From: an uncultured Alphaproteobacteria bacterium
GTDB lineage: Bacteria > Pseudomonadota > Alphaproteobacteria > Rhizobiales > Xanthobacteraceae
NCBI GenBank assembly: GCA_963820275.1
Contig: CAWFZL010000019.1
Location: forward strand, 522-64,521
DNA length: 64,000 bases
Direction of reading: 5' to 3'
The notes beneath the pieces were generated by a model, which had not been told where the DNA came from, made no database searches, and worked only from the letters and a program-made list of their open reading frames with translations. A program made the translations under genes and the position numbers. This document shows, one piece after another, positions 38,369 through 47,458 of this stretch (positions are counted from its first letter, which is position 1; the number at the start of each line of letters is the position of its first letter).

Positions 38369-39895
38369 ATGCACGATCATGAGAAGTCTGACCCCGCCAT
38401 AGTAGCTGCAAAGCCTTCGAACAAAGCCGGGCGACCGGCTGCGGAGTTGGTGGAGCCAAGGGCGGGGGCCAAGGGGAATGTAAGTCAGCAAAGCACGGGC
38501 CGGGCACAGTACCGGGGACTCGTGTCACAGGCGCTGGAGCGCATACGGCAAGCCGCAAGGCAAAGGAAGAAGGAGAAGTTCACCACGCTCCTCCACCACA
38601 TTAGTACTGATCACCTCGAAGAGGCATTCTTTGAACTCAAGAAGAACGCTGCACCTGGGGTCGATGGACTGACATGTCGGGACTACGAGCAGCACCTTGA
38701 GAGTAATCTTGAGGACCTGCATGCCCGGGTCCATCGGGGAGCGTATCGGGCATTGCCGTCGCGGCGGGTTTACATACCCAAGCCGGATGGTCGGCAGCGC
38801 CCGATCGCGGTCGCCGCCCTTGAGGACAAGATCGTCCAGAGGGCCACGGCTGCGGTGCTGAGCGCGATCTACGAGGAAGATTTCCTCGGGTTCTCGTATG
38901 GGTTCCGGCCCGGACGCAGCACGCACGATGCGATGGATGCGCTCGTGGTCGGAATCACCAGCACAAAGGTGAACTGGATACTGGACGCCGACATCCGTTC
39001 GTTCTTCGACACGGTGAACCAGGAGTGGCTCATCAAGTTTGCGGAACACCGTGTCGGCGATCGACGCATCATCCGCCTGATCCAGAAATGGCTCAAGGCA
39101 GGTGTCCTGGAAGACGGAATCGTGACGGTCAGTGACAAGGGGACCGGGCAGGGATCGGTGATCTCACCGCTACTGGCCAATCTCTACTTACACTACGTTT
39201 TCGACCTCTGGGCCGAGCGCTGGCGACGGCGCGAGGCTGCGGGCAATATGATCATCGTGCGCTACGCCGACGACCTCATTGTTGGCTTTGAGCACGAGAG
39301 CGATGCCCGGCGCTTTCTCGACGAGATGCGTAAGCGGTTACAGGAGTTTGCACTGTCGCTTCATTCGGAGAAGACCCGGCTGATCGAGTTTGGACGCTAC
39401 GCGGTGGAAAACCGCAAGCGGCGCGGGCTCGGCAAACCGGAGACCTTCACCTTCCTGGGCTTCAACTTTATCTGCAGCAAATCTCGCCGGGGCAAATTCC
39501 AAATCAAACGAAAGTCCCGGCGGGACCGCATGCGAGCAAAGTTGCAAGCCATCAAGCAGGAACTGCGACGGAGCATGCATGAGCCAATTCCCAAGCAGGG
39601 AAGATGGTTGCAGCAGGTCGTCACCGGTTACTTCAACTATCACGCGGTGACAAACCGTTCGTCACTGACCGCGTTCCTGTTCCACGTCACCAATCTCTGG
39701 CGGCGCACGCTAAAGTGGCGGAGCCAAAAAGATGGGATGACCTGGGAGCAGATCAAGCGGTTGGTCGACGAATGGCTCCCGCAACCGCGAATCCTTCATC
39801 CGTGGCCAGATAGGCGCTTCGCCGTTAGACACCCGAGGTGGGAGCCGTATGCCCGAATTGGGCCCGTACGGATCTGTGCGGGGGGCGCGAGGTAA
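38369..39895 (+). CDS. group II intron reverse transcriptase/maturase (no endonuclease domain seen)
   Basis: 508 aa. RT blocks are RRVYIPKPDGRQRPIAVAALEDKIVQ, FRPGRSTHDA, ILDADIRSFFDTVN, GTGQGSVISPLLANLYLH and the catalytic VRYADDLIVGF. A maturase (X) region follows. I see no H-N-H motif. Confidence 0.92.
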   Translation: MHDHEKSDPAIVAAKPSNKAGRPAAELVEPRAGAKGNVSQQSTGRAQYRGLVSQALERIRQAARQRKKEKFTTLLHHISTDHLEEAFFELKKNAAPGVDGLTCRDYEQHLESNLEDLHARVHRGAYRALPSRRVYIPKPDGRQRPIAVAALEDKIVQRATAAVLSAIYEEDFLGFSYGFRPGRSTHDAMDALVVGITSTKVNWILDADIRSFFDTVNQEWLIKFAEHRVGDRRIIRLIQKWLKAGVLEDGIVTVSDKGTGQGSVISPLLANLYLHYVFDLWAERWRRREAAGNMIIVRYADDLIVGFEHESDARRFLDEMRKRLQEFALSLHSEKTRLIEFGRYAVENRKRRGLGKPETFTFLGFNFICSKSRRGKFQIKRKSRRDRMRAKLQAIKQELRRSMHEPIPKQGRWLQQVVTGYFNYHAVTNRSSLTAFLFHVTNLWRRTLKWRSQKDGMTWEQIKRLVDEWLPQPRILHPWPDRRFAVRHPRWEPYARIGPVRICAGGAR

Positions 39896-39911
39896 CTCGC
39901 GTCCCTACCGC
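39842..39911 (+). ncRNA. group II intron domains V and VI
   Basis: Domain V is GAGCCGUAUGCCCGAAUUGGGCCCGUACGGAUC, with an AGC catalytic triad position and a bulged stem. Domain VI is GCGGGGGGCGCGAG-GUAA-CUCGCGUCCC-UA-CCGC with a bulged A. Both overlap the 3' end of the IEP ORF. Confidence 0.75.
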
Positions 39912-40142
39912 GAAAGTCCGACTTGCGGTGCGGCAGGTCAGCTCTTGACCCCGATTCGGACATTGGGCAGGGGCGGAACATGACGTCGATGAGATCGCCG
40001 TCAGACCAAACACATTGATCTAACACAAAGACTCGCATCGCCGGATCGATACTGAAATCAGGACTGGCAAGGTTATGCCTGCGGCAATTGCTTTTCGGGC
40101 CGGGTTGGTGCGCAGATTCTTCGACACCGTAGGAGTCTTCAA

Positions 40143-41687
40143 ATGAACGGGGCCCAATCACTAATTCAAACCTTGGTCAATTGCGGTGTCGAGGTCTGTT
40201 TTGCCAACCCCGGTACCTCTGAAATGCATTTGGTTGCAGCCCTCGACACCATTAAGGCGCTGCGGCCGGTACTTTGTCTTTTTGAAGGTGTAGCAACTGG
40301 TGCTGCTGATGGTTATGGCCGCGTTGCAGGCAAACCCGCTGTGACACTGCTGCATCTGGGGCCGGGCCTGGCAAATGGCCTTGCCAACCTGCACAACGCC
40401 CGCCGCGCCGCGACACCGATCGTCAATATCGTCGGCGACCACGCCACCTATCACCTGCAATATGATGCATTGTTGACGTCCGATATCGTTGGCTTCGCTC
40501 GTCCAGTATCGAATTGGGTCCATGAAACCAGGAGCGCAAAACTCGTTGCAAGCGATACAGCGAGAGCTTTGCAGGCGGCGCGCTCCGCGCCAGGCAGCAT
40601 CGCCACGTTGATACTGTCTGCTGACGCAGCCTGGAATCCAGCCGAGCGTGCCGCGGAGCGATTACCCGATATCAGCCCCGCAATCGTAAGTGCGGGTTCG
40701 ATCGAAGATACCGCTAAACTGATATCCACCGGCAAGAAGACGGCGATGTTATTGCGAGGCCGCGCCTTAATCGGTGAGGCACTGGAGGCGGCCGGGCGTA
40801 TCCACGCCAAAACCGGAGTGCGATTGCTATGTGATACCTTTGCACCGCATTCCGAGATGGGTGCCGGTCGCGTACCGGTGGAGCGGATTCCCTACTTCGG
40901 CGAACAGATCGCGGCATTTCTTGCGGGAACACAGCAAATGATCATGGTTGGCAGTACGCCACCCGTGTCGTTCTTTGCCTATCCCGGCAAACCGAGCTGG
41001 TGTGTACCCGACACGTGCGAGCTAATTTACCTCGCGCACCCTCATGAGGACAGCGTCACCGCTTTGCAGAACCTAGCCGACGCCTTGGGAGCGCCGCAGG
41101 AGGCCTCGCTCCGTGTCTCTCTGCAACTACCCGGGCTGCCAACCGGCTCGCTTAACCCATTCAGTGTGGCCCAGATTATTGCACAACTGACGCCGGATCA
41201 TGCGATCTTCGCGGACGAATCAAACACTTCGAGCCTGCCGCTGCTGATGACGCTGGCGCGCGCGCGTCCGCACACACATTTGCCGCTAGCAGGCGGCTCC
41301 ATCGGTCAGGGTCTTCCGCTGGCCGTTGGGGCGGCTCTGGCTGCTCCCGATCGCAAAGTCGTCTGCCCGCACGGTGACGGCGGAGCTGCCTACACGATGC
41401 AAGCGCTATGGACCATGGCGCGCGAAAATCTGGATGTGACCACTGTCATCTACGCTAATCGGTCCTACGCCATTCTCAACTATGAACTGCAACGTGTGGG
41501 CGCAGGGACGGTCGGAGAAAATGCGCGTTCGATGCTTGATTTACATAATCCGGAAATGAACTGGACGCAGATCGCCAGCGGCCTCGGAGTGGAAGCCAGC
41601 CGCGCCACGACGGCCGAAGAGTTCGCAGTGCAATATGAATCGGCGATGAAGCACAGGGGACCGCGCCTGATCGAGGCCATGATTTGA
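40143..41687 (+). CDS. thiamine-diphosphate enzyme, acetolactate-synthase-large-subunit-like
   Basis: 514 aa with NGAQSLIQTLVNCGVEVCFANPGTSEMHLV and LHLGPGLANGLANLHNARRAATPIVNIVGDH. The C-terminal ThDP domain reads HGDGGAAYTMQALWTMARENLDVTTVIYANRSY. Confidence 0.85.
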   Translation: MNGAQSLIQTLVNCGVEVCFANPGTSEMHLVAALDTIKALRPVLCLFEGVATGAADGYGRVAGKPAVTLLHLGPGLANGLANLHNARRAATPIVNIVGDHATYHLQYDALLTSDIVGFARPVSNWVHETRSAKLVASDTARALQAARSAPGSIATLILSADAAWNPAERAAERLPDISPAIVSAGSIEDTAKLISTGKKTAMLLRGRALIGEALEAAGRIHAKTGVRLLCDTFAPHSEMGAGRVPVERIPYFGEQIAAFLAGTQQMIMVGSTPPVSFFAYPGKPSWCVPDTCELIYLAHPHEDSVTALQNLADALGAPQEASLRVSLQLPGLPTGSLNPFSVAQIIAQLTPDHAIFADESNTSSLPLLMTLARARPHTHLPLAGGSIGQGLPLAVGAALAAPDRKVVCPHGDGGAAYTMQALWTMARENLDVTTVIYANRSYAILNYELQRVGAGTVGENARSMLDLHNPEMNWTQIASGLGVEASRATTAEEFAVQYESAMKHRGPRLIEAMI

Positions 41688-41698
41688 GGAGATCGGCC

Positions 41699-43075
41699 GT
41701 GGGCACAATCGATGCGCTTCGGGCCATTGTTGGCGAAACGGGAGTGTTGAGTGCGGCCGACACCGCAACGCGATCGGCCGGTTTTTTGCGCCCGGATACC
41801 CTCAAGGCGCGGGCTCTTGTGCGCCCAAAGGACACGGAGGAGGTTTCGAAGGTGGTTCGCTGGTGCCATGACAACGGCATGCGAATCGTGACCCACGGCG
41901 GTCTGACAGGCCTTGTACATGGGGCCGATGCGTCGCCTGAAGAAGTGATCCTTTCGATGGAACGGATGCGCGCTATCGAAGCGATCGACCAAGTTCAGCG
42001 TGTCGCCGTAGTGCAGGCCGGGGTTACGCTGCAAGCGCTGCAGGAAGCAGTCGAGCAACACGATTTGATCTTTCCACTCGACCTCGGTGCGCGCGGAACC
42101 GCGACCCTTGGTGGCAACGCCGCGACAAATGCCGGCGGCAATCGCGTGATCCGCTTCGGCATGATGCGCGACATGACCCTTGGTCTCGAGGTCGTATTGG
42201 CCGATGGCACCATCATCTCGTCGATGAACCGCCTCATCAAGAATAACGCAGGTTATGATATCAAGCACTTGTTCGTTGGGTCCGAGGGCACGCTAGGGAT
42301 CATTACGCGACTGGTGTTGCGACTACGTGAAAAGCCACGGTCGCAAGATGTGGCAATTGCAGCAGTGCCAACTTTCGAGGCGCTGACGAAACTGCTTAAG
42401 CATATCGACAGCGCTTTGGGCGGGTCACTCTCGGCATTTGAGGTCATGTGGCAATCTTTCTATCGCCTGGTGACAAATCCGCCGGCCAGGGGCAAAGGAC
42501 CACTCGGTCAGGAACATCCGTATTACGTTCTGATTGAAAGCCTTGGCGCCAACGCCAAGCTCGATTCGGAGCGATTCGTTGCCGCACTGGAATCGGCGCT
42601 TGAAGCAAAGTTGATTTCCGACGCAGCGGTGGCGCAGTCCGACAGTGACCGACGTGCTTTCTGGTCGCTGCGCGATGACGTGGTACAAGTCATGATTGGC
42701 GGTATGCCGGTTGTATTCGACATTTCGCTGCCCTTGGCTGCGATGGAACAATATGTCGAAGCCCTGAGCAGGGATTTGAAGGAAGGGATCGGCGAGCACA
42801 GGCTCTGGATCTTCGGCCATCTGGGCGACGGGAATTTGCATGTGATTGTTCAAGTTCCACCCCAGCAATACATGACGTTGCGGCCGAAGATTGAGGCGCT
42901 GGTCTATGGCCCGCTCGGCAAGCTCAGGGGGTCGATTTCGGCCGAACACGGAATCGGATTGGAGAAGAGGCCCTATCTGTCGGTCTGCCGAAGCGAAAGC
43001 GAAATCGCGTTGATGCGCGCGCTCAAGAAGGCGCTCGATCCCGACGGAATTTTTAATCCTGGCAAAGTTATCTAG
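41699..43075 (+). CDS. FAD-linked oxidase (GlcD / D-2-hydroxyacid dehydrogenase-like)
   Basis: The FAD_binding_4 region (IVTHGGLTGLVHGA, LGGNAATNAGGNRVIRFGMMRDMTLGLEVVLADG) is followed by the C-terminal FAD-oxidase domain ending SAEHGIGLEKRPYL...LDPDGIFNPGKV. The start is placed at GTG 41699 (GAGGAGA upstream), although the ORF is open from 41684. Confidence 0.85.
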   Translation: MGTIDALRAIVGETGVLSAADTATRSAGFLRPDTLKARALVRPKDTEEVSKVVRWCHDNGMRIVTHGGLTGLVHGADASPEEVILSMERMRAIEAIDQVQRVAVVQAGVTLQALQEAVEQHDLIFPLDLGARGTATLGGNAATNAGGNRVIRFGMMRDMTLGLEVVLADGTIISSMNRLIKNNAGYDIKHLFVGSEGTLGIITRLVLRLREKPRSQDVAIAAVPTFEALTKLLKHIDSALGGSLSAFEVMWQSFYRLVTNPPARGKGPLGQEHPYYVLIESLGANAKLDSERFVAALESALEAKLISDAAVAQSDSDRRAFWSLRDDVVQVMIGGMPVVFDISLPLAAMEQYVEALSRDLKEGIGEHRLWIFGHLGDGNLHVIVQVPPQQYMTLRPKIEALVYGPLGKLRGSISAEHGIGLEKRPYLSVCRSESEIALMRALKKALDPDGIFNPGKVI

Positions 43076-43262
43076 GAGACGCCAGGCTCGCTCTTTGAGG
43101 AAGAGTAGATCCGGGCGAAAGCGCAGGTGGTGGGCAGCATGGCCCGTGTCTGCGCAGGCGCGACAATTCAAGAAAATTCCGCGAATTGCCGTTCTTTGGG
43201 ACTAAAGTCACATTGCGCCGACCGAGGAAACTGTCCCGTCAAAAGATTGGCCGGAGGAAACG

Positions 43263-44855
43263 ATGAGACGACAGAAAAAATTTTATGCGTGGGGCTATGC
43301 CGACGAGGATCTAACCTCGGACGAAATCAAGCCCTGGGAAGCAGGGATCGCAAAGCGATACGGGCTCTCGGGGTTCGATGTAACGCCGCCGCCTCAGGCT
43401 GAAGAGATTACGCTTCGTCCGTCACGCGTTGTCGTACCGTCCGCGCTGCAACCCGTCGTTCGCACCGATCATCTTACCCGGCTAGAGCACTCCTACGGCA
43501 AGGCTTGGTTCGACGCCTGCCGCATGTTCCTGCGCTCGGTGCCCAATCCGCCTGACGCAGTGGCCTTTCCCGACAATGAACAGGACATCGTGCGCATCCT
43601 CGGCTGGTGCGACCAAATCGGCGCCAAAGCCATTCCGTACGGCGGCGGCTCGTCCGTGGTGAAGGGCATCGAACCTGCGGCTGAGTTCGAAAAGGTCGTG
43701 ACGATCTCGATGCGCCACATGGATAAGGTGCTGGAAGTCGATCCGGTAAGTCACGCTGCGCGTATCGAGGGCGGCGTTTACGGGCCTCACATCGAAGACC
43801 AGTTGCGCGAGACGCCGTTCACGATGCGCCACTACATGCAAGCTTACCGCTGCTCGACGCTGGGCGGCTGGATCGCCACGCGTTCTGGAGGTCACTATGC
43901 GACCCTTACCACCCACATCGACGATTTCGTCGAGAGCACGCGGGTGGTGACGCCGGTCGGCACCCTTGAGACGCGGCGCCTGCCGGGCTCCGGTGCAGGG
44001 CCAAGCCCCGATCGGATGTTCATCGGCTCCGAGGGCATCCTCGGCATCATCTCCGAAGCATGGGTGCGGCTGCGTAAGAAGCCAACCTTCCGCGCCGCAA
44101 CCAGCGTGCGCTTCAAGGACTTTTATGCCGGTGCGGACGCAGTGCGCGGCATCACGCAGGCTGGCCTTTATCCCGCCAACTGCCGGCTACTTGAAGCGCG
44201 CGAGGCTCTGCCTGATATCCCGTGGGACAACAAAGAGGCGGTGCTGATGCTCACGTTCGAGTTGGCCGACCACCCGCTCGATGCCTGGATGGCCCGCGCG
44301 CTCGAAATCTGCCGAGATAATGGCGGTGTCCCGGACGCCGCAGCACTGGACGAAGAGAACTCGCACCGCAAAGGCGCCGCGGGCGCCTGGCGCAACAAAT
44401 TCATCCGCGCTCCCCATTACAGCGAACACGCGGTCGCGCGCGGGTTGCTCTCCTCGACTTTCGAGACCTCGATGACATGGGAGCGGTTCCGCGATTTCCA
44501 CGCGAAGATATCGAAGATCACCCATGATACCATCACGCAGGTGACGGGCCGCGAGGGTACGGTCACCTGCCGTTTCACGCATGTCTATCCCGACGGGCCG
44601 TGCCTCTACTTTACGTTTGGCGGCATCCTCGACAAGCGGATCATGCTCGACCAGTTCATGGCGGTGCTGACGACCTGTACGGCGGCGACTGTCGAGCATG
44701 GCGGTACGACCACCCACCATCATGCGGTGGGCCGGTTCCATCGGCCGTTCTATGACAGGCAGCGGCCAGAACTGTTTGCCCGCGCGCTGCGGGGCGCCAA
44801 GCGCGAACTCGACCCGAAGGGCATGATAAATCCCGGCGTGCTGATCGACCCGTGA
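43263..44855 (+). CDS. FAD-linked oxidase, alkyl-dihydroxyacetonephosphate-synthase-like
   Basis: 530 aa. The family N-terminus is FYAWGYADE. Other blocks are IPYGGGSSVVKG, STLGGWIATRSGGHYATL, and HHHAVGRFHRPFY...LDPKGMINPGVL at the C-terminus. Confidence 0.8.
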   Translation: MRRQKKFYAWGYADEDLTSDEIKPWEAGIAKRYGLSGFDVTPPPQAEEITLRPSRVVVPSALQPVVRTDHLTRLEHSYGKAWFDACRMFLRSVPNPPDAVAFPDNEQDIVRILGWCDQIGAKAIPYGGGSSVVKGIEPAAEFEKVVTISMRHMDKVLEVDPVSHAARIEGGVYGPHIEDQLRETPFTMRHYMQAYRCSTLGGWIATRSGGHYATLTTHIDDFVESTRVVTPVGTLETRRLPGSGAGPSPDRMFIGSEGILGIISEAWVRLRKKPTFRAATSVRFKDFYAGADAVRGITQAGLYPANCRLLEAREALPDIPWDNKEAVLMLTFELADHPLDAWMARALEICRDNGGVPDAAALDEENSHRKGAAGAWRNKFIRAPHYSEHAVARGLLSSTFETSMTWERFRDFHAKISKITHDTITQVTGREGTVTCRFTHVYPDGPCLYFTFGGILDKRIMLDQFMAVLTTCTAATVEHGGTTTHHHAVGRFHRPFYDRQRPELFARALRGAKRELDPKGMINPGVLIDP

Positions 44856-45407
44856 TCAGGCGCTGGCGGGCCAACGCCGACGCGACCCGAATGAGACGCT
44901 GCTCCGATTGCTTCCAGCTGGAGCGGTTGCCGGGTGGGACTTGCACCCACTGGAAAGCGCCGCCTTGTCACGGCGCACACCCGTAGCAAACTCACATCGA
45001 CCGCGTGCAACGCTAGTCAGGTGGCAAATTGGCGAGTGCGGAAATACCCGACATGCCAGTGACGAACGTAGCACCAATCCAGTTCCCCGACTGTTCTTGT
45101 AGGTGAAGCGCCACTGTTTCCGTGGGTGGTAGAGAATTTCAACTTCATCACCAACGGAATATTTCGGGCGCTCGTCGTTGACAAGTTGTCAATAGTTCTT
45201 CGCAAAGGCCCAACGCTGCCCAGCTACATGATACTCAATCGTCGGCACCCAAACCGAGCCGGGCACCGCGCCAGGGCTACGTCCTAGGTCTAATCGTATC
45301 ACGGTGCCGCGCGCGGAAGCCAAGAAATGTTCGATATAGCAGCGTTGCCATATCGGGGCGAGCGCAGCAATCGTGATGGCGCAGCGAAAAATGAGCGTTT
45401 CCAGCAT
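44856..45407 (-). pseudogene. DUF3592-like membrane protein with an in-frame TGA
   Basis: ORFs 45189..45407 and 44856..45077 are in the same frame, joined across one TGA (45191-45189). The combined read is ...WVPTIEYHVAGQRWAFAKNY-stop-QLVNDERPKYSVGDEVEILYHPRKQ. This matches the DUF3592 pattern (N-terminal TM, Y-x-V-x-G, VGDxVxVxY). Confidence 0.5.
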
Positions 45408-45603
45408 GCAAGGTACTCACGAGAACTGTATGACTTCGGATAGGGGCCGGCAATGTCGCGGCACGAGACCAGGCCTATGTCAAGTTCACGCCTGCCGGTG
45501 CCGACATATTTGCCTCCCTGCCGGGCGGCAGGTGCCAAGTATGTCATTGGCATGGAACAAAAGCTCCTGTTCCTTATTAGGGATGGAAAATCGAGAGGAC
45601 CTC

Positions 45604-45771
45604 ATGGATCAGATATCGCGCTGCCCGAAGTGCGGAAAACGAATGATCCCCGTTGTCACCATCTCCGGCCGCACCGACCTCCAATGTCTAAGTTGCGACG
45701 ATCCCGCGGTGAAATGGGCTGAAAGTCCATTAATCGCCCCTGAGAAGCCAATCGCAACAGAACACGTTTAA
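45604..45771 (+). CDS. small zinc-ribbon protein
   Basis: 55 aa: MDQISRCPKCGKRMIPVVTISGRTDLQCLSCDDPA..., with two CxxC pairs. GAGAGGA lies upstream. Confidence 0.5.
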   Translation: MDQISRCPKCGKRMIPVVTISGRTDLQCLSCDDPAVKWAESPLIAPEKPIATEHV

Positions 45772-45919
45772 TCCACTCCGCAAGCTGAAACTGAGTGCTG
45801 TGCGGTGGTGACGAGAAGTTCAGGCGGCAGCGTGAGGGTTGGGCCGCTGAGCCGTAAGGCCTGCTGGCACAACGGCAATTTCTGAACGGGCCTGTAAACA
45901 CATGACGGGAGGCTGCGCC

Positions 45920-47245
45920 ATGCAAGAGATTGAGAAACGTGTCATCGGTACGGTTATGTGGCGGCTAATTCCGTTCCTGATCGTTTGCTATTTTGTGGCC
46001 TATCTCGATCGCGTCAATGTCGGCTTCGCCAAGTTACACATGAACCAGGCGCTTGGATTGAGTGAGGCAGCCTTCGGACTGGGCGCGGGATTGTTCTTCG
46101 TCGGGTACTTCCTGTTTGAAGTACCCTCCAACATTTTTTTGGAAAGAGTCGGCGCGCGCGTTTGGATCGCCCGAATTATGATTACCTGGGGGATCGTTTC
46201 TGGGGCGTTCGCATTCATCCCATCGATATCGGCAGCGACCGGAATTCCGACCACGGGTGTTTTTTATTCCCTCCGTTTGCTACTCGGCGCCTGCGAGGCA
46301 GGCTTCTTTCCGGGCATCATCTTCTATCTGACCCTGTGGTTCCCGGCGGTCTATCGCGCCCAAGTCATCAGCTTGTTCATGTTGGCGATCCCGATTTCCT
46401 CGATTATCGGATCGCCTATCTCCGGGATGCTGCTAGGCGTGACGGGTTGGGGTTTGGAAGGTTGGCAGTGGCTGTTTATTCTCGAGGCGTTGCCGTCGGT
46501 TCTGGTGGGCATTGGCGTCCTGATCTACCTAACCGACTTCCCGCGCCAGGCCCGGTGGCTGCAACAAGATGAGATCGCGTGGCTGGAGAACGTGCTGGCC
46601 ATCGAGAAACAAAATAAGGAGAAGGTCGAACACCTATCCTTGGGTCAAGCACTCACGGATCCGCGCATTTTATTTTGCGCTCTGGTGTATTTCTGCCTGA
46701 ATGCTGCAAGCTACGGCGTGGCGTTCTTCCTGCCGACTATCATCAAGGGTTTTGGCGTCAGCGATACCCAGACCGGATTGCTCGCGGCGCTGCCCTTTGT
46801 TTTCGGGGCCGTGGGCATGGTGCTGCTCGGTCGTCATTCCGATCGGACCATGGAACGAAAGGGTCACGTCGCCGCAGCACTTTTGATGGCGGCGCTAGGG
46901 ATCGGATTGGCAGGTCTCGTTTCCAACCCCGTCATCGTCATGGCGTTGCTTTGTTTTGCACAGATCGGCGTCTCTGCGGTACCGCCGATGTTTTGGCCGC
47001 TACCAGCAAGTCTTCTGACGGGAGCATCGGCCGCCGCCGGCATCGCCGCGATCAACTCGCTTGGAAATCTTTCCGGCTTCGCCGGTCCTTACGCGATGGG
47101 CTACCTGAAGGATTTGACGGGCAGCTTTACCGCCGGCCTACTATTGCTCGCGGGTTGCGCGTTAGTGGGCGCGATCGTGGTTGGGCTGCTGCGGATCGAT
47201 GCGAGGCGCGAGCAAGTGTCGGGTGAAATCGCGATGGCGCACTAG
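45920..47245 (+). CDS. MFS transporter (anion:cation symporter-like)
   Basis: ~441 aa with 12 TM segments. YLDRVNVGFAKL and GLFFVGYFLFEVPSN are typical of ACS-type MFS carriers. ATG 45902 is an alternative start. Confidence 0.85.
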   Translation: MQEIEKRVIGTVMWRLIPFLIVCYFVAYLDRVNVGFAKLHMNQALGLSEAAFGLGAGLFFVGYFLFEVPSNIFLERVGARVWIARIMITWGIVSGAFAFIPSISAATGIPTTGVFYSLRLLLGACEAGFFPGIIFYLTLWFPAVYRAQVISLFMLAIPISSIIGSPISGMLLGVTGWGLEGWQWLFILEALPSVLVGIGVLIYLTDFPRQARWLQQDEIAWLENVLAIEKQNKEKVEHLSLGQALTDPRILFCALVYFCLNAASYGVAFFLPTIIKGFGVSDTQTGLLAALPFVFGAVGMVLLGRHSDRTMERKGHVAAALLMAALGIGLAGLVSNPVIVMALLCFAQIGVSAVPPMFWPLPASLLTGASAAAGIAAINSLGNLSGFAGPYAMGYLKDLTGSFTAGLLLLAGCALVGAIVVGLLRIDARREQVSGEIAMAH

Positions 47246-47295
47246 AAGAGATGATGGTCAGCGAAGGTCCCAGGAATGTATAATTGCCCTATGGG

Positions 47296-47458
47296 AACAG
47301 CATAGTCTGATCGCGCATTCCGCCGAGAGCGCGGCTGGTTATGTCGGTTGCGTCCTCAGGGGGAAAGGCCGGGCGATCTGCCAGTACAAACTCCAACAAA
47401 GTACGAGTTTGTCATCAACCTCAAGACCGCCAGAAGCCTTGGCCTTCCGATATCGGGG
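47296..47458 (+). pseudogene. 3' remnant of an ABC-transporter substrate-binding protein gene, frameshifted
   Basis: [13 protein letters not shown] in one frame is followed by [26 protein letters not shown] in another. Together they match the conserved C-terminus (YVDRILKGAKPADLPVxQPTKFELVINLKTAKALGL) of a rhizobial SBP family. No upstream body is present. Confidence 0.55.

Larger units (their letters stand above)
38003..39914 (+). mobile_element. group II intron, compact (class C-like) ribozyme with IEP; the 3' end is known to about +/-5 nt
   Basis: The 5' end GUGCG (38003) is followed by the hairpin CCGG-GAGA-CCGG and GGUGCAAGUCC...GAAGGAGUAGCGAAC. Only ~366 nt separate it from the IEP start. 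Domain V (39842-39874) and a domain VI hairpin with a bulged A (39907) are present. A second GUGCG at 37925 is a less likely 5' end. Confidence 0.8.

Noticed and set aside
45860-45885. Sigma-54-like TGGCAC upstream of the MFS gene. Further TGGCAC occurrences lie inside the dispersed repeats at 47473, 50062 and 52424.
   Set aside because: None has the required TTGC(A/T) element at the fixed 5-nt spacing. The repeat-borne copies are simply part of the repeat consensus.
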